This document shows positions 1 through 9,927 of a stretch of 64,000 bases of DNA, piece after piece (positions within the stretch are counted from its first letter, which is position 1; every line of letters starts with the position of its first letter). This stretch comes from Candidatus Cloacimonadales bacterium. GTDB lineage: Bacteria; Cloacimonadota; Cloacimonadia; Cloacimonadales; JAFGVF01. Location of the stretch: assembly GCA_963662585.1 (NCBI GenBank), contig OY759729.1, positions 1,728,001 to 1,792,000 of the forward strand, given 5' to 3'. Both the position numbers and the translations under genes were made by a program. The notes beneath the pieces were generated by a model. The model saw only the letters and a program-made list of their open reading frames with translations. It was not told the DNA's origin and did no database searches.

Positions 1-1325
1 ATGTGTTTGATATCCACTCCTACAAAGGTGTTGCTCCGCTGGAGCTTGGTGTATGTGTTTGATATCCGCTGCTACAAAGATGTCGCTCGGCCAGAGCTTG
101 TTGTATGTGTTTGATATCTATAACTACAAAGGTGCCGCTCCGTTGGAGCTAGGTGTATGTTTTGGTATCTGCTGCTACAAAGGTATCGCTCCGCTGGAGC
201 TTGGTGTATGTTTTGATATCTGCTGCTACAAAGGTATCGCTCCGCTGGAGCTTGGTGTATATTTTGATATTCACTGTTACAAAGGTATCGCTCCGCTGAA
301 TCTTTTTGTTGGACTGATATTTATGTTTTCAAAATTATCTCTCCTAGAGAGCCTTTTTTCTTCAAGCACCAGAGGTGCGAAAGCTCTGTAGTCTGTAATC
401 CACCCCGTAAAGTGGTTCTACCCGTCAGGGTTGAACTAGGGGAAAATTTTAAAATTCTTCAGATGTATGTGATTGATATCCGCTGCTACAAAGGTGTCGC
501 TCCGCTGGAGCTTTTTGTTGGACTGATATTATATTTTCAAAATTATCTCTCCTAGAGAGCCTTTTTTCTTCAAGCACCAGAGGTGCGAAAGCTCTGTAGC
601 CTTAATCCACCCTGTAAAGTGGTTCAACCCAGCTGGGTTGAACTAGGGGAAAATCTTAAAATTCTTCAGCTACAAAGATATCGCTCCGATGGAGCTTGTT
701 AGATATGTTTAATATTCACTGCTACAAAGGTGTCGCTCCGCTGGAGCTTGTTAGATATGTTTGATATCCGCTGCTACAAAGGTGTCGCTCCGCTGAATCT
801 TTTTGTTGGACTGATATTTATATTTTCAAAATTATCTCTCCTAGAGAGCCTTTTTTCTTCAAGCACCAGAGGTGCGAAAGCTCTGTAGCATGTAATCCAC
901 CCCGTAAAGTGGTTCAACCCTGCTGGGTTGAACTAGGGGAAAATATTAAAATTCTTTAGCTACAAAGGTGTCGCTCCTCTGGAGCTTGGTGTATGTTTTT
1001 GGTATCTACAGTTACAAAGGTGTCGCTCCGCTGGAGCTTGTTAGATATGTTTGATATCCACTGTTACAAAGGTATCGCTCCGCTGGAGCTTGGTGTATGT
1101 GTTTGATATCTATAACTACAAAGGTGCCGCTCCGTTGGAGCTAGGTGTATGTTTTGGTATCTGCTGCTACAAAGATATCGCTCCGCTGGAGCTTTTTGTT
1201 GGACTGATATTATATTTTCAAAATTATCTCTCCTAGAGAGCCTTTTTTCTTCAAGCACCAGAGGTGCGAAAGCTCTGTAGCCTGTAATCCACCCCGTAAA
1301 GTGGTTCAACCCAGCTGGGTTGAAC
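1..1325. repeat. REP/BIME-like array, left arm (runs off window start)
   Basis: About 15 copies of CTACAAAG(G/A)T(G/A)TCGCTCCGCTGGAGCT at 51-52 bp period. Four inverted variants GCACCAGAGGTGCGAAAGCTCTGTAG, each followed by a palindrome like GTTCAACCCAGCTGGGTTGAAC. Confidence 0.95.
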
Positions 1326-1364
1326 CAAAATATATACCTAAATTTCAAAGTAATCATTTTTTTA

Positions 1365-1394
1365 TTGACATAATTTTACCTTTATAATTAATAT
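1365..1394 (+). promoter_or_regulatory. Putative sigma70 promoter of the transposase
   Basis: TTGACA at 1365, TAATAT 18 bp downstream; GGAGGA RBS just before ATG 1449. Confidence 0.5.
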
Positions 1395-1448
1395 TAATTA
1401 TGTATTGGTTCATATTTTATTTTTGGAAGACAAAATTATGGAGGAATT

Positions 1449-1910
1449 ATGGCAAATTCTTATACACAAATCTATATGCATTTCGTATTTGCTGTCCAAG
1501 CGAGATTAAATCTAATATCAGAATCTAATAGGGAAAAAGTCGAAAAGTACATTACCGGAATAATTACTAATGAAAAATCAAAAACAATCGCTATTTATTG
1601 CAATCCTGATCATCTTCATGTTTTAATTGGTCTAAATCCTCAAAGTGCACCAGCTGATTTAGTTAGGATTATCAAAACAAATTCAACAAAGTGGATTAAT
1701 AGTGAAAGGATAATTAATGGGAAATTCGGTTGGCAAGAAGGTTATGGTGCGTTTACCTATTCAAGATCCCAAATTAGTAATGTTTGTAGATATATCTATA
1801 ACCAACCAATTCATCATAAAAATGTAAAATTTAAAGATGAATATATTCAATTTTTAAACAGATTTGAAATTAATTATAAAGAAAAATATCTATTTAACTG
1901 GAATGAATAG
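1449..1910 (+). CDS. tnpA: IS200/IS605-family HUH (Y1) transposase, REP-associated (RAYT-like)
   Basis: HFVF N-terminal strand, DHLH (HUH) motif, WQEGY, catalytic YIYNQ; 153 aa; no tnpB; embedded in REP array. Confidence 0.92.
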   Translation: MANSYTQIYMHFVFAVQARLNLISESNREKVEKYITGIITNEKSKTIAIYCNPDHLHVLIGLNPQSAPADLVRIIKTNSTKWINSERIINGKFGWQEGYGAFTYSRSQISNVCRYIYNQPIHHKNVKFKDEYIQFLNRFEINYKEKYLFNWNE

Positions 1911-1929
1911 ATACGACGATATCGTTAAA

Positions 1930-3392
1930 TCTACAAAGATGTCGCTCCGCTGGAGCTAGATGTATGTGTTTGATATCTATAACTACAAAGGTGCCGCTCC
2001 GCTGGAGCTTGGTGTATGTTTTGATATCTGCTGTAGATGGCAGTTTAAAATGGTACGACTACAAAGATGTCGCTCCGCTGGAGCTTTTTGTTGGACTGAT
2101 ATTTATATTTTCAAAATTATCTCTCCTAGAGAGCCTTTTTCTTCAAGCACCAGAGGTGCGAAATCTCTGTAGCATGTAATCCACCCTGTAAAGTGGTTCA
2201 ACCCGTCAGGGTTGAACTAGGGGAAAATTTTAAAATTCTTTAGCTACAAAGGTGTCGCTCCGCTGGAGCTTGTTAGATATGTTTGATATCCACTGCTACA
2301 AAGGTATCGCTCCGCTGGAGCTAGGTGTATGTTTTGATATCTGCTGTAGATGGCAGTTTAAAATGGTACGACTACAAAGATATCGCTCCGCTGAATCTTT
2401 TTGTTGGACTGATATTTATGTTTTCAAAATTATCTCTCCTAGAGAGCCTTTTTTCTTCAAGCACCAGAGGTGCGAAAGCTCTGTAGCATGTAATCCACCC
2501 CGTAAAGTGGTTCAACCCTGCTGGGTTGAACTAGGGGAAATCTCAAAATTCTTCAGAAGTATGTGATTGATATTCACTGCTACAAAGGTGTTGCTCCGCT
2601 GGAGCTTTTTGTTGGACTGATATTTATATTTTCAAAATTATCTCTCCTAGAGAGCCTTTTTTCTTCAAGCACCAGAGGTGCGAAATCTCTGTAGCATGTA
2701 ATCCCACCCCATAAAGTGGTTCAACCCAGCTGGGTTGAACTAGGGGAAAATCTTAAAATTCTTCAGCTACAAAGATATCGCTCCGCTGGAGCTTGGTGTA
2801 TGTGTTTGGTATCTACAGTTACAAAGGTGTCGCTCCGCTGGAGCTTGGTAGATATGTTTGATATCCGCTGCTACAAAGGTGTCGCTCCGCTGGAGCTAGG
2901 TGTATGTTTTGATATCTGCTGTAGATGGCAGTTTAAAAAGGTACAACTACAAAGATATCGCTCCGCTGGAGCTTGGTTTATATGTTTGATATTCGCTGCT
3001 ACAAAGATGTCGCTCCGCTGGAGCTTTTTGTTGGACTGATATTTATATTTTCAAAATTATCTCTCCTAGAGAGCCTTTTTCTTCAAGCACCAGAGGTGCG
3101 AAATCTCTGTAGCCTGTAATCCACCCCGTAAAGTGGTTCAACCCAGCTGGGTTGAACTAGGGGAAAATCTTAAAATTCTTCAGCTACAAAGATATCGCTC
3201 CGCTGGAGCTTGTTGTATGTTTTGATATCCACTGCTACAAAGGTATCGCTCCGCTGGAGCTTTTTGTATGTGCTTGATATCTACAGCTACAAAGGTGTTG
3301 CTCCGCTGGAGCTAGGTGTATGTTTTGATATCTGCTGTAGATGGCAGTTTAAAATGGTACGACTACAAAGGTATCGCTCCGCTGGAGCTTGT
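1930..3392. repeat. REP/BIME-like array, right arm
   Basis: About 16 forward REP copies and 4 inverted-variant+palindrome modules, same orientation as the left arm. Confidence 0.95.
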
Positions 3393-3457
3393 TATAGGAG
3401 CTTGTTATATATGTTTAATATCTTCCGCCACAAACTTGAATTTAAGCCTTCTTTTTA

Positions 3458-3539
3458 GCTCTTTCCTTGCTCCTCCCCTCTTATAACATATATTATTCGA
3501 AGTTTATTCGAGATGAGTAAGGAGGAGTAGGGGAAGAGC
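3458..3539 (+). other. Long stem-loop (19 bp stem, 3 G-U pairs)
   Basis: GCTCTTTCCTTGCTCCTCC (3458-3476) pairs fully with GGAGGAGTAGGGGAAGAGC (3521-3539) if G-U is allowed. Confidence 0.6.
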
Positions 3540-3688
3540 AGTTATAAATTGATAAGAGGAGTTTTTAACTCAGATCTGCTCATTTTTTCCTACTCAAGCA
3601 ACTTGGAAATGTAAAAAAATATAGAGTATATCTTGACATAGCTAAAATGGAGATTATTTTGGTTAAAAATGGATAAAGATAAGGGATT

Positions 3689-5347
3689 ATGATAGCAATA
3701 TATATAGATGATAACACAAGTAGCGAATTAAATGCGATGATAAAGTATATAGTTGAATTTACCTTTGACACCTTAGGTTACAGCTATAACATCATCTACT
3801 CACTGAAAGGATTGACCGAATTTGATGTCTTAATTTGGTATGATTCTAAAGATGTGCAGAAGGAGACTATCGCCAAATTTGCTAAGAAAATACCAATAAT
3901 TTTAGTTCGTCATCATGTGAATCTCTATATACCTAGTCAATTAAAAGGAACTAATTTAACCTCTAAGATAAAAAAATTTACTTTTTACAACACAGTAATT
4001 CCGATAATTCATAAAAACCTTACAACACAGTTGGTAGAAAGTATTACAGATCCTACTATTGCACTCATTATTGTGAATTTTGATATTTTTGGAAATCTCT
4101 ATTATCACATCACAGATTGTGAGTTTAGAGCCAAGAAAGTCAATGATGGGGTGATAGAGCAGGGTAGTATTTTTGATGAATATTATCAAGAGCCAATCAT
4201 TAATCACATGTTGGCATTAACTGAAAAAATCATTCTTAGTAGCTGTGAAAAGTTAAATTTTCCTCTTATTAAGAAGGAGTATTGGCCTCACGGAGAAGAC
4301 TTTGCTGTTATTTTTACCCACACAATTGACAAATTAGAGAAATGGGGAAAGGGTGTTTTTGGCGAATTCTTATTGGATGCAATACCCTTATTAGCCAAAG
4401 GAAAATTCGCAGAAGTAGGACGAAACTTAGCTAGTGGAATTAAATATTTATTTAACGATGCTGAACAGTATTGGAATTTCAAGAACTATTTAGATTTAGA
4501 TGAAAAATATGGAATTATATCTACTTGGTTTGTTTCTTTAATTGAAGACAATGGTTTTATCTATAATGTTGAGAAAAAAGATGTATTAATCGAAGAGTTA
4601 AACAAAATTATCAACAAAGGTCATGAACTAGGAATAGTAGTTTCTCCTTATGAAATGGATCAGGTCAAAATAAAAACAGCAAAGAGTATGCTTGGTAAAA
4701 TCAATAAAGATGAGCAGGCAGGAATAAGAGTTACAGGAAGACCTTTGCCAGATAAACTATCTTTGGCTATTCATAGAAATACTATGTTATATGACTGTTC
4801 TATTCTTTCTTCCAATATTAATACCTTCAAGAATGGGAATATTCTTCCTCACCATAGATTAATAGATGGAATAAGGACATTTCCTCTTGAGATACCAATT
4901 ACTTTTAGTGATGAAATTCTTAAATCTTCAAAATACTCTTACAAATCTTTCGAATCAGCTACCAGAAAGATGGATAATCTGATTACTAAAGTTTCAGCTA
5001 GTGGTGGGCTTATCTGTTTCGATTTTACTATTGCTAACTTTAAGGATATTAATTATTTAGAAAAGTTATATACATATACTTTAGATACTATAAAAGATAA
5101 GAATTACTATAATAATTCCTGCAAAAATATTGCTCTCTGGTGGAAAGCTCGCAAAAATGTTTTAATCACCAATGTTGAATGGGGTGCTAATATTCTGTTC
5201 CTAGATGATTTCGCCTTCTTTACGATTAAAATTTTTTCTAAGAGAAAAATTAATCAAGTAACTATGGTTGACTATCAAGTTGATGATAATGTAGTCACGA
5301 TGTCCAATATTAAAGCTAATAATGTTGTTAATATTGTCTTGGAGTAA
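3689..5347 (+). CDS. Polysaccharide deacetylase-like protein
   Basis: WPHGEDFAVIFTHTID, YWNF, GHELG and LEIPITFSD resemble polysaccharide-locus deacetylase-fold proteins; catalytic residues look degenerate. Confidence 0.6.
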   Translation: MIAIYIDDNTSSELNAMIKYIVEFTFDTLGYSYNIIYSLKGLTEFDVLIWYDSKDVQKETIAKFAKKIPIILVRHHVNLYIPSQLKGTNLTSKIKKFTFYNTVIPIIHKNLTTQLVESITDPTIALIIVNFDIFGNLYYHITDCEFRAKKVNDGVIEQGSIFDEYYQEPIINHMLALTEKIILSSCEKLNFPLIKKEYWPHGEDFAVIFTHTIDKLEKWGKGVFGEFLLDAIPLLAKGKFAEVGRNLASGIKYLFNDAEQYWNFKNYLDLDEKYGIISTWFVSLIEDNGFIYNVEKKDVLIEELNKIINKGHELGIVVSPYEMDQVKIKTAKSMLGKINKDEQAGIRVTGRPLPDKLSLAIHRNTMLYDCSILSSNINTFKNGNILPHHRLIDGIRTFPLEIPITFSDEILKSSKYSYKSFESATRKMDNLITKVSASGGLICFDFTIANFKDINYLEKLYTYTLDTIKDKNYYNNSCKNIALWWKARKNVLITNVEWGANILFLDDFAFFTIKIFSKRKINQVTMVDYQVDDNVVTMSNIKANNVVNIVLE

Positions 5348-5349
5348 AA

Positions 5350-7749
5350 ATGAAGAAAATTCTTATCGTAACGATTAGTCACAAAGCGAAAGATGTTAGA
5401 TTATATTATAAATTAGCCAAAACTCTTTCTGAAAGATATTCTGTTTCTATTCTGCATAATAATTCTGAAACAGGTGATTATGATGATGAAATTAAATTAA
5501 TCGGACTAAATAATTTAAGCAAAGTTCAGTTTTTAGTGCAAGCTGCTATCCAGATTAAATTAGCATCACCAGCAGTAGTCATAGTTGTTGAACCAATTCT
5601 CTTAACCTTAGTTAATCCAACAACTAAAACAAAATTCGTTTATGATTGCCATGAGTTTTTTAATTTAGCTCAGAAAGAGAAATCTGAAAATAAGAGAAAA
5701 CAATTCTTAGATACTTTTTTACATGAGAAATTAGAGAAGAAATTTATTCCTAAATTGAATGCTTGCATAACAGTAAATGAAATTATTACTCAGAAGTATC
5801 AAAGTATGGGAGCAAATAGTTTAACTATCCCTAACTATCCCAGTATTAAAGAAGAATTTAAAATATCTGCTGAAAAAATTTATGATTTTATTTATGCAGG
5901 CGGACTCTCCCCTGCTCGTGGGATTATTGAGATAATTCAAGCAACTTGTGTAGTTAAGGAATTTTATCCTACTATTAAAGTGTTAATCCTGGGGAAAGAG
6001 CAAATTTCAGGATTTAAAGATGAATGTCAGCAGTTGATTAATGATTTAAAGCTAGAAAATAGTATAGAGTTACTTGAGGCAATTCCTTATGATCAAGTTT
6101 ATCAAAAATATGCCCAAAGTAAATGTGGTATCTGCATTTTATCACCGTCAACTCCCCGCTATAAATACGCCTTACCAATTAAATTACTTGAGTATCTTGA
6201 GGCAGGACTTCTAGTTATTACTAATGATTTTCCTATTAATAAGCAAATTTATCAAAGTTCGGAAGGTATTTTTACAACAAAATTTAAAGCTGAAGATATT
6301 GCTAATCAAATGTTAAAAGTTATCACACTAAGTGAAGATAAAGTCTCAAAACATGCAGAAATTGCTCAAAAATTAATCTCAGAAAAATATAATTGGAATA
6401 TCATAGCTCCTAAGGTGCTAAATCTTTTTGACCAACTTACTAATAACCGGAAAAAAGCCCTACTTATCTCTTACTTCTTCCCTCCTCTAGGTGGAGCAGG
6501 AGTACAAAGACCTCTTAAATTAGCTAAATACGCTAAAGATGCTAATTGGCAGGTAACTGTTCTTACTATTGATGATATCGTCTTTCATTCTTACGATACT
6601 TCTTTACTCTCTGAAATTGAGAGTCAAGTAGTGCGAGCAGATTCTTGGGATATAATGAGTATTCTACAGAAGGTAAAAAGTTTCCAGCATCATAAAATGG
6701 GAGATAAATTAGATAAAGCCTACTTTGAAACTGATGATTTTAAAAAGAAACTAGTTAAATCACTCTTCTTTATGGATGAGAAAATTGGCTGGTTTATTCC
6801 AGCTGTACTCAAGGGAATTCGCCAAGCAATGAAAGAAGACTTTTCAGCAATCATAGTAACTATCTATCCCCCATCTTCCCTGCTTATAGCTTACACAATA
6901 GCCAAACTTACCAACCTACCTTTATTTATCGATTATCGGGATCACTGGACATTAAGCTCTTATTTCGACTTTTCTTGCCCAGCATCTCGTCAAGCCTATC
7001 ATAATCTTGAAAAATTCTTCTTAACTCAAGCTAGGGGTATTATTACTATTGGAGAGGTTATGAAGAGAGAATTAAGTGAAAATTTCCAGATTCCTCCAGA
7101 AAAAATATCGGTATCCTATAATGGTTTTGATGAAGAGGATTTTTCTCAAACTTCGACCAAGCTAGAACTTCCTTTAGATAGTAATACTAGAGAAAAAAGA
7201 GTAATCAATATTGGTTATATAGGTAATATGTATAAACACAGAACTTCAAAGTATTTTCTTATAGCTTTAAAAGAATTAATAGATGCTGGAGAAATAACCA
7301 AAGAAAGTGTGAAGCTCAACTTTATGGGAAATTACTATCGAGAAGAAAGAGAAATATTAGAAAATTCAGGTTTGTCAGAGATTATAAAGATAACACCTCA
7401 ACAAGAACATAATCTTGCAGTTCAAGAAATGCTCAATAATGATATCCTCTTGCTATTAATAGCCACAAAGAGTGGCAAGAATGTTTTAACAGGCAAGATT
7501 TTTGAATATCTTCGCTGTAATAAGCCAATTTTAGGATTAGTGCCAAAAGATGGTGAAGCTGAAGATTTACTTCATAAAATTGGAAATACTTGGACTTGCT
7601 CCTTAGAAGATGTAGCCTCTATAAAAGAGCAAATTAAATCTCTTATAAAATTTATTAATGAAAAGGGAGAAATTGAAAACGATATTTCTCAATACAGCAG
7701 AGCCAAGCAAGTAAGTAAATTCTTCTCATTTATTGAGGAAAAGCTGTAA
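5350..7749 (+). CDS. Fused double GT4 glycosyltransferase
   Basis: N-half has DVRLYYK, YDCHE, PIKLLEYLEAG; C-half has ISYFFPPLGGAGVQR, DYRDHW, TGKIFEYL. Confidence 0.88.
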   Translation: MKKILIVTISHKAKDVRLYYKLAKTLSERYSVSILHNNSETGDYDDEIKLIGLNNLSKVQFLVQAAIQIKLASPAVVIVVEPILLTLVNPTTKTKFVYDCHEFFNLAQKEKSENKRKQFLDTFLHEKLEKKFIPKLNACITVNEIITQKYQSMGANSLTIPNYPSIKEEFKISAEKIYDFIYAGGLSPARGIIEIIQATCVVKEFYPTIKVLILGKEQISGFKDECQQLINDLKLENSIELLEAIPYDQVYQKYAQSKCGICILSPSTPRYKYALPIKLLEYLEAGLLVITNDFPINKQIYQSSEGIFTTKFKAEDIANQMLKVITLSEDKVSKHAEIAQKLISEKYNWNIIAPKVLNLFDQLTNNRKKALLISYFFPPLGGAGVQRPLKLAKYAKDANWQVTVLTIDDIVFHSYDTSLLSEIESQVVRADSWDIMSILQKVKSFQHHKMGDKLDKAYFETDDFKKKLVKSLFFMDEKIGWFIPAVLKGIRQAMKEDFSAIIVTIYPPSSLLIAYTIAKLTNLPLFIDYRDHWTLSSYFDFSCPASRQAYHNLEKFFLTQARGIITIGEVMKRELSENFQIPPEKISVSYNGFDEEDFSQTSTKLELPLDSNTREKRVINIGYIGNMYKHRTSKYFLIALKELIDAGEITKESVKLNFMGNYYREEREILENSGLSEIIKITPQQEHNLAVQEMLNNDILLLLIATKSGKNVLTGKIFEYLRCNKPILGLVPKDGEAEDLLHKIGNTWTCSLEDVASIKEQIKSLIKFINEKGEIENDISQYSRAKQVSKFFSFIEEKL

Positions 7750-7752
7750 AAG

Positions 7753-8850
7753 ATGACTGTAGTTCTTCATTTAGGCCTTCTTCCTATTCTATCTGGGGTG
7801 CAAAATGTAATGTTACAAATTTTGGAAGCAATTGAAGCTGATGGTTATGAAATAAAAGTAGCTTCTGCCCCTAATGGTGTCTTGGTTGATGAAGTAATCA
7901 GACGCGGTTGGAAGCATATCCCTATTCCCTCTTTGGTTAGAGAAATTAACCCTCGAAAAGACTGGTCAGCCTGTCTGGAATTAGCCCAAGTTCTTAAGGA
8001 AGAAAAGGTAGATATCTTGCACACTCATTCTTCCAAAACTGGACTTCTGGGACGAGTAGTAGGAAGATTGAATAAAGTTCCTACTGTTATTCACACTGTC
8101 CATGGTTATCCTTTCCATAAATATCAGAATCCCTTTTTATACCACTTTTATCAAGGTGCAGAATGGTTGGCAGGTAAATTTTGTGATTATCTTGTTTCAG
8201 TAAATCAAGAAGATGCAGAAATTGCTAAGGGCGTTTTAAAGATTCCTGCCTATAAAGTTAAGTATATTCCTAACGGAGCAATCCCTCAAAAACAGCGTAA
8301 AATATTTCCCAGAGAGGAGATTGTTATAGGAAGTCTTTCTCGCTTTTGGAAGCAGAAGAATATGATTAATACAGTAAAAATTGCGATAAAAGCTTGCCAA
8401 AGAAGAGAAGAATTAAAATTTATCTTTGTAGGTGATGGTGATGACTTATCTCAATGTCAAGAATTAATAGAAAAAGCAGAACTTAATAAAAGAATACTTC
8501 TACCTGGTTGGTCAATGGATAAAGAAAAATGGTTAAATACTTTTGACATATTCCTATTATATTCCCTCTGGGAAGGATTACCTTTATCTATTTTAGAGGC
8601 AATGTCTTATGGCTTACCAATTATAGCTTCAGACATTAAAGGAAATAGAGAATTAGTCGATAATAATAATGGTTATTTAATCAATCCGGAAAATGAAGAA
8701 GATTTATTTAATCTTTTTATCAGTCTTCCAAACAAAAAAGAAGAATTAATCTCAAAAGGAGAAGAGAGCTATAATAAAATTGTTCAGACCTATTCAATGG
8801 ATTATTTTAAAGAAAGATACAGAAAACTTTACCACGAAATAAAAAATTAA
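7753..8850 (+). CDS. GT4 glycosyltransferase
   Basis: HTHSSKTG, HTVHG, SLWEGLPLSILEAMSYG. Confidence 0.92.
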   Translation: MTVVLHLGLLPILSGVQNVMLQILEAIEADGYEIKVASAPNGVLVDEVIRRGWKHIPIPSLVREINPRKDWSACLELAQVLKEEKVDILHTHSSKTGLLGRVVGRLNKVPTVIHTVHGYPFHKYQNPFLYHFYQGAEWLAGKFCDYLVSVNQEDAEIAKGVLKIPAYKVKYIPNGAIPQKQRKIFPREEIVIGSLSRFWKQKNMINTVKIAIKACQRREELKFIFVGDGDDLSQCQELIEKAELNKRILLPGWSMDKEKWLNTFDIFLLYSLWEGLPLSILEAMSYGLPIIASDIKGNRELVDNNNGYLINPENEEDLFNLFISLPNKKEELISKGEESYNKIVQTYSMDYFKERYRKLYHEIKN

Positions 8851-8863
8851 TGAGAAGTAAAAT

Positions 8864-9919
8864 ATGATATTAAGTCACTGGAAATATTTATTAGCCGGAG
8901 TAGTTGTTTTCTTACTCACCTATTTATTAGTGCCTGTTAATATAAAACTAGCAAATAAAAAAGGTTGGTTAGATTACCCTAATGATCGAAGTTCTCACAG
9001 TAAACCAATACCTATCAGTGGCGGTTTAGCCTTCGGATTAGTCATCTGTTTAGCTCAAGTTGCCTTTGCTTTCCTATTTTGGGATCAAAGAAGCTCGCTG
9101 ATGATTTTTGGTTTAGCAGTTATCAATATTCTGATTTTAACGGTCGGATTAGTTGATGACCTACTAAAATTAAAAGCAAGAGATAAGCTTCTACTACAAC
9201 TACTTATCTCTTCCCTACTCTACATTGTTGGATTCAGGATAGAGATTTTAACCAATCCTTTTGGGCCTGATTTATTCTTGGAATACCTTAGTTTCCCTTT
9301 CACTGTTTTCTGGTTTCTGGCTATCAGTAATGCTATTAACTTGATAGATGGTTTGGATGGGTTAGCCTCTGGTATTACTTTAATCAGTGGAATAGTCCTC
9401 TGTTTAGTAGGATTACTAGCCGAAAATCCTTTAGTTCTTTACCTCTCCTTGATCTTAGTAGCTGGAAATTTAGCCTTTTTACGCTATAATTTCAATCCAG
9501 CTAAGATATTTATGGGAGATTCAGGAAGTCTATTTAACGGCTTTAATTTAGCAGTATTATCAGTCACGGGATTATCTCAATTCAAGGGTGTTACAGCTAT
9601 GACTATTGCCTTACCTGTGGTAGTAATGCTCTTCCCTATTATGGATACGATAATGGCAATGATCAGAAGAATTCGCAAGAAACAAAGTATTTTTGTGGCA
9701 GATAAAGAACATATTCACCATAAACTTTTAAAGCTGGGAATATCTCAAAAAGGAATCTGCTATATAGCATATTTCCTAACTTCTTTATTTGGACTTCTAG
9801 CTATAGGATTCTACTTTTCAACCAAACAAATATTTCTAATAGCCTTAACTATTTTAATTATATTATGCTTTGTTTTTGCATGGCTACTATTACAAACAAT
9901 TTTTAAAAACTCAAAGTAG
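8864..9919 (+). CDS. wecA: UDP-GlcNAc:undecaprenyl-phosphate GlcNAc-1-phosphate transferase (WecA/TagO family)
   Basis: GLVDD, NAINLIDGLDGLA, IFMGDSGS, HIHH motifs; multi-TM. Confidence 0.9.
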   Translation: MILSHWKYLLAGVVVFLLTYLLVPVNIKLANKKGWLDYPNDRSSHSKPIPISGGLAFGLVICLAQVAFAFLFWDQRSSLMIFGLAVINILILTVGLVDDLLKLKARDKLLLQLLISSLLYIVGFRIEILTNPFGPDLFLEYLSFPFTVFWFLAISNAINLIDGLDGLASGITLISGIVLCLVGLLAENPLVLYLSLILVAGNLAFLRYNFNPAKIFMGDSGSLFNGFNLAVLSVTGLSQFKGVTAMTIALPVVVMLFPIMDTIMAMIRRIRKKQSIFVADKEHIHHKLLKLGISQKGICYIAYFLTSLFGLLAIGFYFSTKQIFLIALTILIILCFVFAWLLLQTIFKNSK

Positions 9920-9927
9920 GAGTAATA

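Noticed and set aside
1449..1910. IS605-type element with TnpB/omega RNA
   Set aside because: No tnpB ORF; the flanks are multi-copy REPs rather than single left/right ends.
1..3392. CRISPR array
   Set aside because: The intervening segments are themselves repeated variants, not unique spacers; inverted units are present; no cas genes; an HUH transposase sits in the middle.
53..3458. Short ORFs in the REP array (53..391, 1051..1236, 1064..1357, 1960..2179, 2252..2566, 2716..3039, 3210..3458)
   Set aside because: Translations of the repeat (APLEL, SLRWS, RSAGA in three frames); no RBS or family signal.
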